From the UHGV virus genome UHGV-0062900: DNA of 12,192 nucleotides; one strand, given 5' to 3'. The notes under the pieces were generated by a model. That model saw only the letters and a program-made list of their open reading frames with translations, was not told the origin of the DNA and did not search any database. A program made the position numbers and the translations under genes. Origin of the DNA: a virus. Numbering within the stretch: position 1 is the first letter of the stretch; each line of letters starts with the position of its first letter. Positions 1-6,614 of this stretch are shown here, in pieces.

Positions 1-127
1 TAGCATGTCTTTTCCCTTCTGGTTAACATGACATACCAATAACTCTTGTCTAAAAAGCCAGCAAGATAAAAAGCCAGTATTCACGACCACCAGCGTGTTT
101 ACTGTACTGCACAAGGTTTACAGGTAC

Positions 128-152
128 AAAAAAACCGCTCAGCGGCGGGTTT
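128..152 (-). terminator. Rho-independent terminator-like hairpin for leftward transcription (possible tR'-type terminator)
   Basis: On the minus strand the sequence reads aaacccgccgctgagcggttttttt: a short GC stem (ccgc/gcgg, loop tga) followed by a run of 7 T. On the plus strand the same hairpin is preceded by an A-run. Confidence 0.4.
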
Positions 153-305
153 AAGTTGTGTGGCGAAGTAACCACTCTTAACACAGTAAACGAGAATATG
201 CGGACCGCGTAAGTTTTTTTTGATAGATTATGCATATGCAACGAACCTAGGATCATTAACAAATCACAACCCATTGATTCAAAAGGATAATAAAGGGTAA
301 TTTTA

Positions 306-1238
306 ATGACTACTACAGCCACTTCCGCGCCACTAACTAAACAAAAAAAAATGCGTATCGGTTTCTTCCAAAGCTCCTCAGGAACGAAGTCAACTACATC
401 AAATGCACAACTTGCATTTGACAACATGTATACAACCATTGTTACACCTTCGCAAAATTCTTATACCGCTGAGTTTGATAAGAAAAAATTAAAGATTGTA
501 TTCTTAGAAAAAGACGCACAGGCGGAGTTCTATTTTGGTTATCTATCATGCTCTCGTGATGGTTTCCACTTACCTTATATTGGTGATGAAAATTGGGATG
601 AGCACAATATTCCGTTAGATGATAAAAAATATATAGTCGAACGCACTTATTTTATTTACTACTATAAGAAAGACATTCTTGTTTTATCTCAAAATCATTT
701 AGGACCTAAAGTTTCCGATTTAGCATTTCTTTTATTCAATTTTTCTGAAGAAAACAAACCTGTAGCGTTTGAGGCAATTTGGAAAAAAGAAAGTGTAAAA
801 GAACTACTTGAAACAGGAAGCACTTTACGTAGCTGTGAAATTACACTCGCCGCTCCACGTAATTTTAGCGCAACGGATTATGACCTTTCGAATTCATTTT
901 CCAAAAGTATGATTGAAATGATGGCTGGGATGGGCGGTTCGCATTTAAAACTATCACTTAGAGGTAGAGCATCGCAACGTAAATTAATCCGTGGTTATCT
1001 CAGTGATGAAGTAAAAAGTGGAATAAAGGAATTAATAGAAAAAGTTCCTCACTTATTACGTAAAGCTAATGTCACTGAACCTAAAAATACTCATTCAAGG
1101 AGTCTTCTCAATCAAGTTCTGATCAGTGAAAAAAACATTAACACAAAAGATGGCTACGCAAAAGAAACAGATGTGCGTACTGCCTTGATCAGTGCTAAAA
1201 TTGAACATGGTCAGTATTTAAAGCAATATGAAATCTGA
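306..1238 (+). CDS. Hypothetical soluble protein, first gene of low-GC two-gene cassette; candidate RexA-like sensor
   Basis: 310-aa ORF; alternative ATG at 351 gives MRIGFF... Purine-rich AAGGG at 294-298 upstream of ATG 306. Sampled stretches are roughly 28-33% G+C by manual count, against mid-50s in the neighbouring Q and nin genes. No hydrophobic segments. Size and partner gene resemble lambda RexA (279 aa); recalled motif resemblance (MRIGFF vs RexA MKNGFY; GPKVSDLAFLL vs RexA GPTTSDLTDFL) is from memory and unverified. Confidence 0.6.
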   Translation: MTTTATSAPLTKQKKMRIGFFQSSSGTKSTTSNAQLAFDNMYTTIVTPSQNSYTAEFDKKKLKIVFLEKDAQAEFYFGYLSCSRDGFHLPYIGDENWDEHNIPLDDKKYIVERTYFIYYYKKDILVLSQNHLGPKVSDLAFLLFNFSEENKPVAFEAIWKKESVKELLETGSTLRSCEITLAAPRNFSATDYDLSNSFSKSMIEMMAGMGGSHLKLSLRGRASQRKLIRGYLSDEVKSGIKELIEKVPHLLRKANVTEPKNTHSRSLLNQVLISEKNINTKDGYAKETDVRTALISAKIEHGQYLKQYEI

Positions 1239-1252
1239 TCTTATTTTTAAGG

Positions 1253-1705
1253 ATGATGATTATGCTTATTAAAGTTTTAATTAACATAGTTATCAGTGGG
1301 CTGTTAGCTTGGGTGCTTGGGAAATACCTAGCGCCTATGGCTCACTCTGATATCTTAAGTACAGCCGGAGTGTTATCTACGGTGGCAGGCATTTTGTTTG
1401 GTTTTGTATTGGCCGCTATTTCCATCTTCAGTTCTGCAAGTTCAAGTACTGATGGAATTATTTTTGCTTTAAAACAAAACAAGATTTTACCTAAAATTAT
1501 TCATAACCTGTTATCTACGGGAGTTACCTTAATATTAGCATGTATTTTCCCGCTGATAGCAATGTTTATAAATGAAAAAATCACCATTACCTCTGTAAGA
1601 CTTGATTTCGCCCTAACCTTATATGGTTTCTCGACCCTGATCGTATCAATAGTTTCATTTGCAAGTACCTGGAGGAAAATAAACTGGATATTACCCCACA
1701 TATAA
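1253..1705 (+). CDS. Small integral membrane protein with four predicted transmembrane helices, second gene of cassette; candidate RexB-like effector
   Basis: 150-aa ORF 14 nt after the upstream stop; ATG at 1262 is better spaced from AAGGA at 1249-1253. Four hydrophobic stretches at about residues 5-26, 34-60, 82-106 and 120-139. Same low-GC composition as the upstream gene. Size and topology match lambda RexB (144 aa, 4 TM). Confidence 0.65.
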   Translation: MMIMLIKVLINIVISGLLAWVLGKYLAPMAHSDILSTAGVLSTVAGILFGFVLAAISIFSSASSSTDGIIFALKQNKILPKIIHNLLSTGVTLILACIFPLIAMFINEKITITSVRLDFALTLYGFSTLIVSIVSFASTWRKINWILPHI

Positions 1706-1711
1706 TATTAA

Positions 1712-1731
1712 GCAGGTGCAAGCACACCTGC
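1712..1731. terminator. Hairpin between convergent cassette and Q gene (possible bidirectional terminator)
   Basis: gcaggtg-caagca-cacctgc: 7-bp perfect inverted repeat with 6-nt loop, 7 nt after the membrane-gene stop and 18 nt before the Q stop. Flanks are AT-rich on the minus-strand side (ttaatattata) but there is no clean T-run on the plus side. Confidence 0.45.
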
Positions 1732-1748
1732 TTATCCAAACCAAGATA

Positions 1749-2111
1749 TTAATCCATATCTAAGCTAACATTTAGAATAGCTAGACAACCTTCTATAAAT
1801 CCCTCAGCCATCTGTATCTCAATGCGTATTATTTTCTCATCCTTTTTGCGAGCTTTAGCGAGCTTTCTTTTAGAGATACCGTATAGGTAATGGGCAACAA
1901 GAAGCGAGTGTTCTTCAGGTCTTTTTTGCTTTAGACGAGCAAGACAACCTTCAATAATTAATGCATCACTATCTGAACAAGCCTGACGTGTTTTGCTTGT
2001 ATAGGGAAGAAGCCCTTTAAACCCAGCAGCTATAGGCGAATAGTCTACCCCAGAACTATCACTCGCCGCCCATGCACCCCAACGATCCAGAACCATCTGA
2101 ATATCACGCAT
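1749..2111 (-). CDS. Late-gene antiterminator Q, phage-21/QuuD-type (Phage_antitermQ family)
   Basis: Translation MRDIQMVLDRWGAWAA...IAAGFKGL...AEGFIEGCLAIL matches the remembered pattern of the short (~125 aa) Q family such as DLP12 QuuD. The track ORF starts at a TTG at 2126; ATG at 2111 is preceded by GGAGA at the right spacing, so 2111 is taken as the start (120 aa). Last gene of the nin operon, as expected for Q. Confidence 0.72.
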   Translation of the reverse strand: MRDIQMVLDRWGAWAASDSSGVDYSPIAAGFKGLLPYTSKTRQACSDSDALIIEGCLARLKQKRPEEHSLLVAHYLYGISKRKLAKARKKDEKIIRIEIQMAEGFIEGCLAILNVSLDMD

Positions 2112-2128
2112 CAACTTTCTCCACAAAA

Positions 2129-3124
2129 TCAGGCCAGCACGCCAGTTGCCAGCGCGCGATCGATAAAACGAAATATCAGCTCCAACTGGGAGCCATACTT
2201 CTCTTCAAATGCCACGGTATCCGCATGCAGCTCGTCGTGATGCTTTCTGCACAAAGGCAGCACGAAGAGGTCATGCGCTTTTGTACCTATTCCACCCTGA
2301 CCGTGGCCTATCAGGTGGTGGGGATCATCAGCAGGCTTTCCACAACATGCACACGGCTGCGTCTTAACCCAGCGCGTGTACTTTTCGTTAACCCAGCGGC
2401 GACGTTTTGGGCGTAACATAAAAGACTCCGGCGACTCCGGATCCACTTTCAGCGCCAGCACCTTTTTCGCTTTATTCTGGATGATGCTGGTGGCCGGAAC
2501 CGAAGGAACAAGGTCACTCTCCCGGGTGACAGACGGCACAACAGGCTTCGGTAATCTCAGTGCCTTACGGGCTGCACTTTCAGGTAAGGCATCCGCCAGA
2601 TCATTACGAACCAGCCACCAGCACAGTTCCGGCATTGTCACAACGTGACTATCATCAAAACCGAGATCCCGACGCACGACAGACAACACCCAGCGGGCAC
2701 AGTTATCCGTTGCCATTGATTCCAGCCGTTCCGTGAACTGATCGCGCAGCTGGTTATCGCAGTGCCAGCACAGACAGATTGCGCCCGGCGCGTGACGCAT
2801 TGTGGTCATGTTCTCGCTGTGCCAGTCGGAATGAGGCCACTGGCAGCCTTTTTCACGAAGTAACCAGCTTTCAAGACATTCCACGCCACCAGCACGACGG
2901 ATCACTGCCTCATTGCGGAACACGGCCCGAACGGCAGGATCATCCGCCAGCGGTTGTGATGCCGCCGGAACAGCACCACTGGCGAAAGATGAATAACGTT
3001 CCGGCTCAGGCTCCAGCAGGACACGCCCCTGCATAAACAGGGGCATCAGCTCTGAACCTGGTCTGAACAATACGATCCCCATACGCGGGGCAATTTCAGG
3101 GGTCAGTAGTGCTCTCACGGTCAC
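2129..3124 (-). CDS. DUF968-family phage protein with C-terminal Cys/His-rich (HNH-like) motif (YdfU-like)
   Basis: 331-aa ORF; C-terminus CACCGKPADDPHHLIGHGQGG...LCRKHHDELHAD and an internal CLCWHCDNQ motif resemble the DUF968/YdfU family of lambdoid nin regions (family assignment from memory). Start is uncertain: the track start at 3124 is a GTG, 1 nt after the upstream stop; the first in-frame ATG is at 3082. Confidence 0.6.
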   Translation of the reverse strand: MTVRALLTPEIAPRMGIVLFRPGSELMPLFMQGRVLLEPEPERYSSFASGAVPAASQPLADDPAVRAVFRNEAVIRRAGGVECLESWLLREKGCQWPHSDWHSENMTTMRHAPGAICLCWHCDNQLRDQFTERLESMATDNCARWVLSVVRRDLGFDDSHVVTMPELCWWLVRNDLADALPESAARKALRLPKPVVPSVTRESDLVPSVPATSIIQNKAKKVLALKVDPESPESFMLRPKRRRWVNEKYTRWVKTQPCACCGKPADDPHHLIGHGQGGIGTKAHDLFVLPLCRKHHDELHADTVAFEEKYGSQLELIFRFIDRALATGVLA

Positions 3125-3125
3125 C

Positions 3126-3923
3126 TCAATGAACGGTATCGAGCAGCTTTAACAGCTCAGGGAATCGGGATTCGAAGAAATGCGGCTGCGTCTCGCGCGG
3201 ATTTGCGGGACTGGTGATGTTCTTGCCGAACATGCAGCCTTTCGCTGTCAGCGACCAGAATTTTTTGATGTTGTTAATCGCGGTACGGCTGTATCGTTCG
3301 CGCTGCTCGACGATCCCCAGCTTCGCCATCTGGTGATATGCCTGATTAGCTGTTAGGCGGATACCATACTGTTTCAGCAGTGCACTCAGCGACAGCGTAG
3401 GGCGACTTGAGCCATCAGGCGCGTCTGCAGGAGCATCAATGGCATAGCGTGGTGCCAGATTCGGTAAGCCAACAGCCTCCTGGAGTTTCTGACAGGCCCC
3501 AAGCACAGATGAGTTAGACAGGTTTAACTCCCGGCGCATAAAGTCCAGCAGAATCACGCCAGCCTGCATCTTGTCAGCAGCCTGCCCGGATAATTTTTCC
3601 GGTGCGCTGGTTACCATATCGAAAGTACGGATCACCTTCAGATGGAATGACGGGCTGATCCACATTGCATAGGCATACACCAGTTCTTTGCAGACATACG
3701 TCCCCTGGTTATTTCCGCCACGACTAACGTTAACTGGCTCTATATTGACCGAGTTGCAAATCTGCAACTCGCTTATTAAACGTTCGGTTTGCTCATTGCG
3801 GAGCCAGAATGCAGGCTTATGCTTATCCAGAGAACCAGCAGCCCTGTGCAGATCGTTCAGGCTGTAACGCCCATAAGCATCACGACGAACTTCAATACCA
3901 TCAATGACCATCAGATTATTCAT
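3126..3923 (-). CDS. KilA-N domain protein (Roi/antirepressor-like)
   Basis: N-terminal MNNLMVIDGIEVRRDAYGRYSLNDLHRAAG...KPAFWLRNEQTERLI...GTYVCKELVYAYAMWISPSFHLKVI is a KilA-N-type domain; the C-terminal half is antirepressor-like. Start set at ATG 3923, preceded by AAGAGGAGA 8 nt upstream; the track start at 3956 would overlap rusA by 14 nt. Confidence 0.65.
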   Translation of the reverse strand: MNNLMVIDGIEVRRDAYGRYSLNDLHRAAGSLDKHKPAFWLRNEQTERLISELQICNSVNIEPVNVSRGGNNQGTYVCKELVYAYAMWISPSFHLKVIRTFDMVTSAPEKLSGQAADKMQAGVILLDFMRRELNLSNSSVLGACQKLQEAVGLPNLAPRYAIDAPADAPDGSSRPTLSLSALLKQYGIRLTANQAYHQMAKLGIVEQRERYSRTAINNIKKFWSLTAKGCMFGKNITSPANPRETQPHFFESRFPELLKLLDTVH

Positions 3924-3942
3924 ATTTCGTTTCTCCTCTTGA

Positions 3943-4332
3943 TCAGGCGGCTGCACCCGCCGTTTTCTCGTACTTACTGATAGTGATCTCGACCTTCCCT
4001 TCCGGGATAACCGGTCCCCACTCCACCAGCATTCTTTTCACCTGGCTGTCGTCTTCCCACACACCCGCGTGGGTCAGGGCGTCAAACAGCGCCTTGTTAT
4101 AGTTGTCCAGATCGCGGATCCGGTTATCCGGAGGAAACAACACGATCTCCACTGAAGCAGGTGCCGACGTTGGTTTTGGCAGACGACGTAACTGCTCAAC
4201 TATTGCTGCACACGCCGCGCTCTGGAATTTGCGCCCCGCCGCGCTTATCAGGCTCTTACCTGCAAACGCCCCTTTGTTGGGGTGTCGCCAGTACGTGTTC
4301 ACGCTGGGCGGGAAAGGCAGGATCAGCTTCAT
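3943..4332 (-). CDS. rusA: RusA-family Holliday junction resolvase
   Basis: 129 aa; LPFPPSVNTYWRH...RDLDNYNKALFDALTHAGVWEDDSQV carries the conserved RusA motifs (DLDN, FDAL, xDDxQ). ATGA overlap with the upstream gene stop. Confidence 0.85.
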   Translation of the reverse strand: MKLILPFPPSVNTYWRHPNKGAFAGKSLISAAGRKFQSAACAAIVEQLRRLPKPTSAPASVEIVLFPPDNRIRDLDNYNKALFDALTHAGVWEDDSQVKRMLVEWGPVIPEGKVEITISKYEKTAGAAA

Positions 4333-4655
4333 ACTTTCAGACCCCTCTCATGTAACCAGTGGGCTGCACGCAGCCTGGCGTTTTCCTCACCGGCAAGCAG
4401 TGAGCGGATAATCCCGACCGCCTCGCTGTCGTCGTCCTTGACCGCGGTATGAAGCGTTATCCCCCGGGCCACACCACGCTTTATCGTGATGACGCCTTTT
4501 TTCTCCAGTGCGCGAAGATGCTCCACCGCTGCATTCACCGAACGGTATCCCAGCATGGTTGCCACCTCCTGATTGGTTGGCGGGAAGCCACGTTCTTTCT
4601 GATAAGAAATCAGCATATCCAGCACCTGCTGCTGGCATTGAGTTAACGTCGTCAT
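4329..4655 (-). CDS. LexA N-terminal DNA-binding-domain-like protein lacking the S24 peptidase domain
   Basis: 108 aa; MTTLTQCQQQVLDMLISYQKERGFPPTNQEVATMLGYRSVNAAVEHLRALEKKGVITIKRGVARGITL aligns with the LexA winged-helix domain (MKALTARQQEVFDLI...[36 protein letters not shown]...RGIRL). There is no Ser/Lys peptidase domain. GGGAGA Shine-Dalgarno 7 nt upstream; ATGA coupling to the methyltransferase stop. Confidence 0.7.
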   Translation of the reverse strand: MTTLTQCQQQVLDMLISYQKERGFPPTNQEVATMLGYRSVNAAVEHLRALEKKGVITIKRGVARGITLHTAVKDDDSEAVGIIRSLLAGEENARLRAAHWLHERGLKV

Positions 4656-5305
4656 GCCACCATCTCCCTGACCAGTTTTTCTGCCTGCTGGCGAACCTGC
4701 GCCAGAAAGGCCTCACCACATGCCTCAAGTTCATCGCGCCCGATGTAGCTGATTGCCGGTCCCTTCCAGGTCTTGTCGAAAACAGCAATAGCACCAGCGA
4801 AGAAAGCTCCTGTCGGCACCTGCTTCTCATCCTTCGGGATAAACCAGGCAGGCAGTTCAAAACCGATACGCCCGCGAATAAAAGCAATATGATCTGCATC
4901 TTCCGGCCACCACACTTCGCTGGTGGCAGCTTTGATCAGGAAAACATAGCGCCCACCTTTATCACGCATGGCACTGGCATGCTTCATGATGTAACGCATG
5001 CCTGTGATGTATTGCCCCTCATGCTGACTGGCGCGGCTGTATGGGGGATTACCAAAGGCAGCACCTTTAAGCTCCGCAAGGCGTTCTGACCAGTCATGCG
5101 CCAGCGCGTTGTCTTCCGCCGTGTAATACGCAGCACATTTGGCGTTATCACCGTCAGTGAACAGATCCAGAACAAACGGGCCAAACAGGGTGTTAATTCC
5201 CCAGAAAATGTTGTCCGGCGTGCGCCACTGATCGCCCACTTCCTTCAGTTCATGGGCTGGTTTGTTCCGCAGTTCCACCAGCGCCTGGCAATATTTATTA
5301 CTCAT
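4652..5305 (-). CDS. Phage-type DNA N6-adenine methyltransferase (Dam-like, NPPY motif)
   Basis: W-TP ... DLFTDGD ... AFGNPPYSRA motifs are typical of the phage Dam family. Start set at ATG 5305, which overlaps the upstream stop as TAATG; the track start at 5338 is a GTG giving 228 aa. Confidence 0.75.
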   Translation of the reverse strand: MSNKYCQALVELRNKPAHELKEVGDQWRTPDNIFWGINTLFGPFVLDLFTDGDNAKCAAYYTAEDNALAHDWSERLAELKGAAFGNPPYSRASQHEGQYITGMRYIMKHASAMRDKGGRYVFLIKAATSEVWWPEDADHIAFIRGRIGFELPAWFIPKDEKQVPTGAFFAGAIAVFDKTWKGPAISYIGRDELEACGEAFLAQVRQQAEKLVREMVA

Positions 5306-5799
5306 TAAGCCCCCACGTAATTCCCTGACAGATACCACTCATCACCCGGTACAGCGCGCTTGCTGCTTTTCCGTAAACACCGCTCACGACGCGCAAGAAA
5401 ATTGTTTCGCTCTGGCTGGGAGTGGCTTTCACGGAATGCCGCCATCCACACCGTTGCAGCACGACGGTATAAGCCCCTCGACTCCAGTTCTTCCGCCTGG
5501 CGGGTCAGGCACAAAATCACCCGGGGATCGTTAGTGCCGACATAGAAATTGCGCACAGGTCTGGTTTCACGAACTGGTTGCGGTTCCGCCTCCTGCGCTC
5601 TCTCAGTCAGGCGCGGGAAATGTCTGCGTGTATCCCCTTCACAACGGTGAGCCACACGACCACTCTGACGTAACTTGCTTGCTGACTGCAGAACGCGCTG
5701 CCGTGAGTAACCTGCAAAAGCATCCGCAATGTCTCCGGAAGTACACCCCGGATGGGCTTCAATGTATTTCTGAACTTCATTCAAAAGACTCATGATCAC
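5305..5799 (-). CDS. YfdN-like prophage protein (164 aa) with PerC-like C-terminal motif
   Basis: Length equals that remembered for K-12 CPS-53 YfdN (164 aa). C-terminal LESRGLYRRAATVWMAAF resembles the PerC/Pch activator signature (from memory). The track start at 5799 is a GTG; ATG at 5793 is an alternative. Stop overlaps the methyltransferase start. Confidence 0.55.
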   Translation of the reverse strand: MIMSLLNEVQKYIEAHPGCTSGDIADAFAGYSRQRVLQSASKLRQSGRVAHRCEGDTRRHFPRLTERAQEAEPQPVRETRPVRNFYVGTNDPRVILCLTRQAEELESRGLYRRAATVWMAAFRESHSQPERNNFLARRERCLRKSSKRAVPGDEWYLSGNYVGA

Positions 5800-6614
5800 C
5801 CCCTGAATCCTGCCGGGATCTGGCTGTAGTCCACGTTGTCGTAACTGGCTTTGAAGTACGGGTCCTCGCGTCTGGCTGCAGATACCGCAGGAACTTCCCA
5901 GGATTCTTCGAAATGACGATCCGGACCAAAGAACGTGACAGCCTGTTTCACAAATTGTGTGCCGCTGTTACCCATCGCAGATACCCAGCCCGCGTAGCGT
6001 TTCACACCTTCCAGCATGGTTTCGGGGTTTACCCCCTCATTCAAACGGGCTTTCCAGGCTTTGAAGGCTGCAGATTTTGAATTGCCACCAGCACGTTTGG
6101 GATATACCAGCCATGCCTGCTCAAACTCCGGAGAGTATTCCGGTCGGTTTGAACGAACTCGCACGGACTCATCAACTGATGCACCAACAGCTATTGGTTC
6201 ATTGACTGGTTCTTTGACTGGTTCAAAAGAGTGACTGGTTCTGGGTGAATCTCCTGCACTACCCCCTGGTGCAACTCCTGCACTACCTGGTGAATTTGCT
6301 GCACCAGATAGTGAATTATTTGCACTACCCCCTAGTGAATCTCCTGCACCATCAAGATGAAGGAGATAGATATTACTTGAGTTACCTTTTTCACCTTTCC
6401 GGGTGACTTTTTTTACCAGCCCGGACTCACAAAGGGCCGCAATATGATTCATCACAGAACGTTTGCTAATCTCGCACTGGTCAGCAATATGCTGGTAGCT
6501 GGGCCAGCACTCACCCTGATCGCTGGCATTATCAGCCAGCTTGATCAGAACCAGTTTTCGCAATGGATTACCCACTCGAATTTTCATCGCTTTAACCATC
6601 AGCTCCATACTCAT
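5796..6614 (-). CDS. Replication initiator, O-like: N-terminal winged-helix/HTH domain, Gly/Ser/Ala-rich linker, C-terminal domain
   Basis: N-terminus KIRVGNPLRKLVLIKLADNASDQGECWPSYQHIADQCEISKRSVMNHIAALCESGLVKK is the HTH type common in phage replication proteins. Low-complexity linker GDSLGGSANNSLSGAANSPGSAGVAPGGSAGDSP is encoded by tandem DNA repeats. Position matches K-12 yfdO (O-like fragment). ATGA overlap with the upstream gene. Confidence 0.6.
   Translation of the reverse strand: MSMELMVKAMKIRVGNPLRKLVLIKLADNASDQGECWPSYQHIADQCEISKRSVMNHIAALCESGLVKKVTRKGEKGNSSNIYLLHLDGAGDSLGGSANNSLSGAANSPGSAGVAPGGSAGDSPRTSHSFEPVKEPVNEPIAVGASVDESVRVRSNRPEYSPEFEQAWLVYPKRAGGNSKSAAFKAWKARLNEGVNPETMLEGVKRYAGWVSAMGNSGTQFVKQAVTFFGPDRHFEESWEVPAVSAARREDPYFKASYDNVDYSQIPAGFRG
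6202..6353. repeat. Iteron-like tandem direct repeats inside the O-like gene (candidate replication origin)
   Basis: Three copies of TGACTGGTTC at 6203-6212, 6215-6224 and 6232-6241. Then about five imperfect ~21-24 bp units built on tgcact-acc(cc)-ctggtgaa at roughly 6244-6270, 6271-6293, 6294-6315, 6316-6339 and 6340-6353. Moderately AT-rich stretch follows at about 6355-6420. Confidence 0.6.

Noticed and set aside
1-305. Possible tRNA gene downstream of Q, as often found in the Q-S region of lambdoid phages
   Set aside because: No segment forms a recognisable cloverleaf or carries conserved tRNA boxes (GTTC-type T-loop with matched acceptor stem) on visual inspection.
50-439. 129-aa minus-strand ORF spanning the cassette upstream region and the start of the first cassette gene
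   Set aside because: It overlaps the candidate terminator hairpin and the 5' end of a well-supported plus-strand gene, and lies in an AT-rich intergenic region where long ORFs arise by chance. No Shine-Dalgarno or coupling context.
1501-1701. 66-aa minus-strand ORF antisense to the membrane-protein gene
   Set aside because: Entirely inside the plus-strand membrane gene in low-GC DNA; typical antisense artefact.
2072-3036. Plus-strand ORFs 2072-2416, 2376-2648 and 2779-3036
   Set aside because: All lie antisense within the DUF968 and Q genes, which are supported by family motifs and operon coupling; GC-rich coding DNA commonly yields antisense ORFs.
3789-4411. Plus-strand ORFs 3789-3980, 4103-4411 and 4161-4355
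   Set aside because: Antisense to the KilA-N, rusA and LexA-like genes; no start-site support.
4387-5545. ORFs 4387-4899(-), 4449-4646(+), 4508-5089(+), 4984-5184(-), 5096-5308(+), 5262-5534(+) and 5360-5545(+)
   Set aside because: Alternative-frame or antisense ORFs overlapping the methyltransferase, LexA-like and YfdN-like genes, whose frames are supported by conserved motifs (NPPY, LexA winged helix).
6202-6353. Possibility that the tandem repeats are a CRISPR array
   Set aside because: Units are imperfect, unequal in length and in-frame within a protein-coding gene with no repeat-spacer alternation; iterons or linker-coding repeats are the better explanation.
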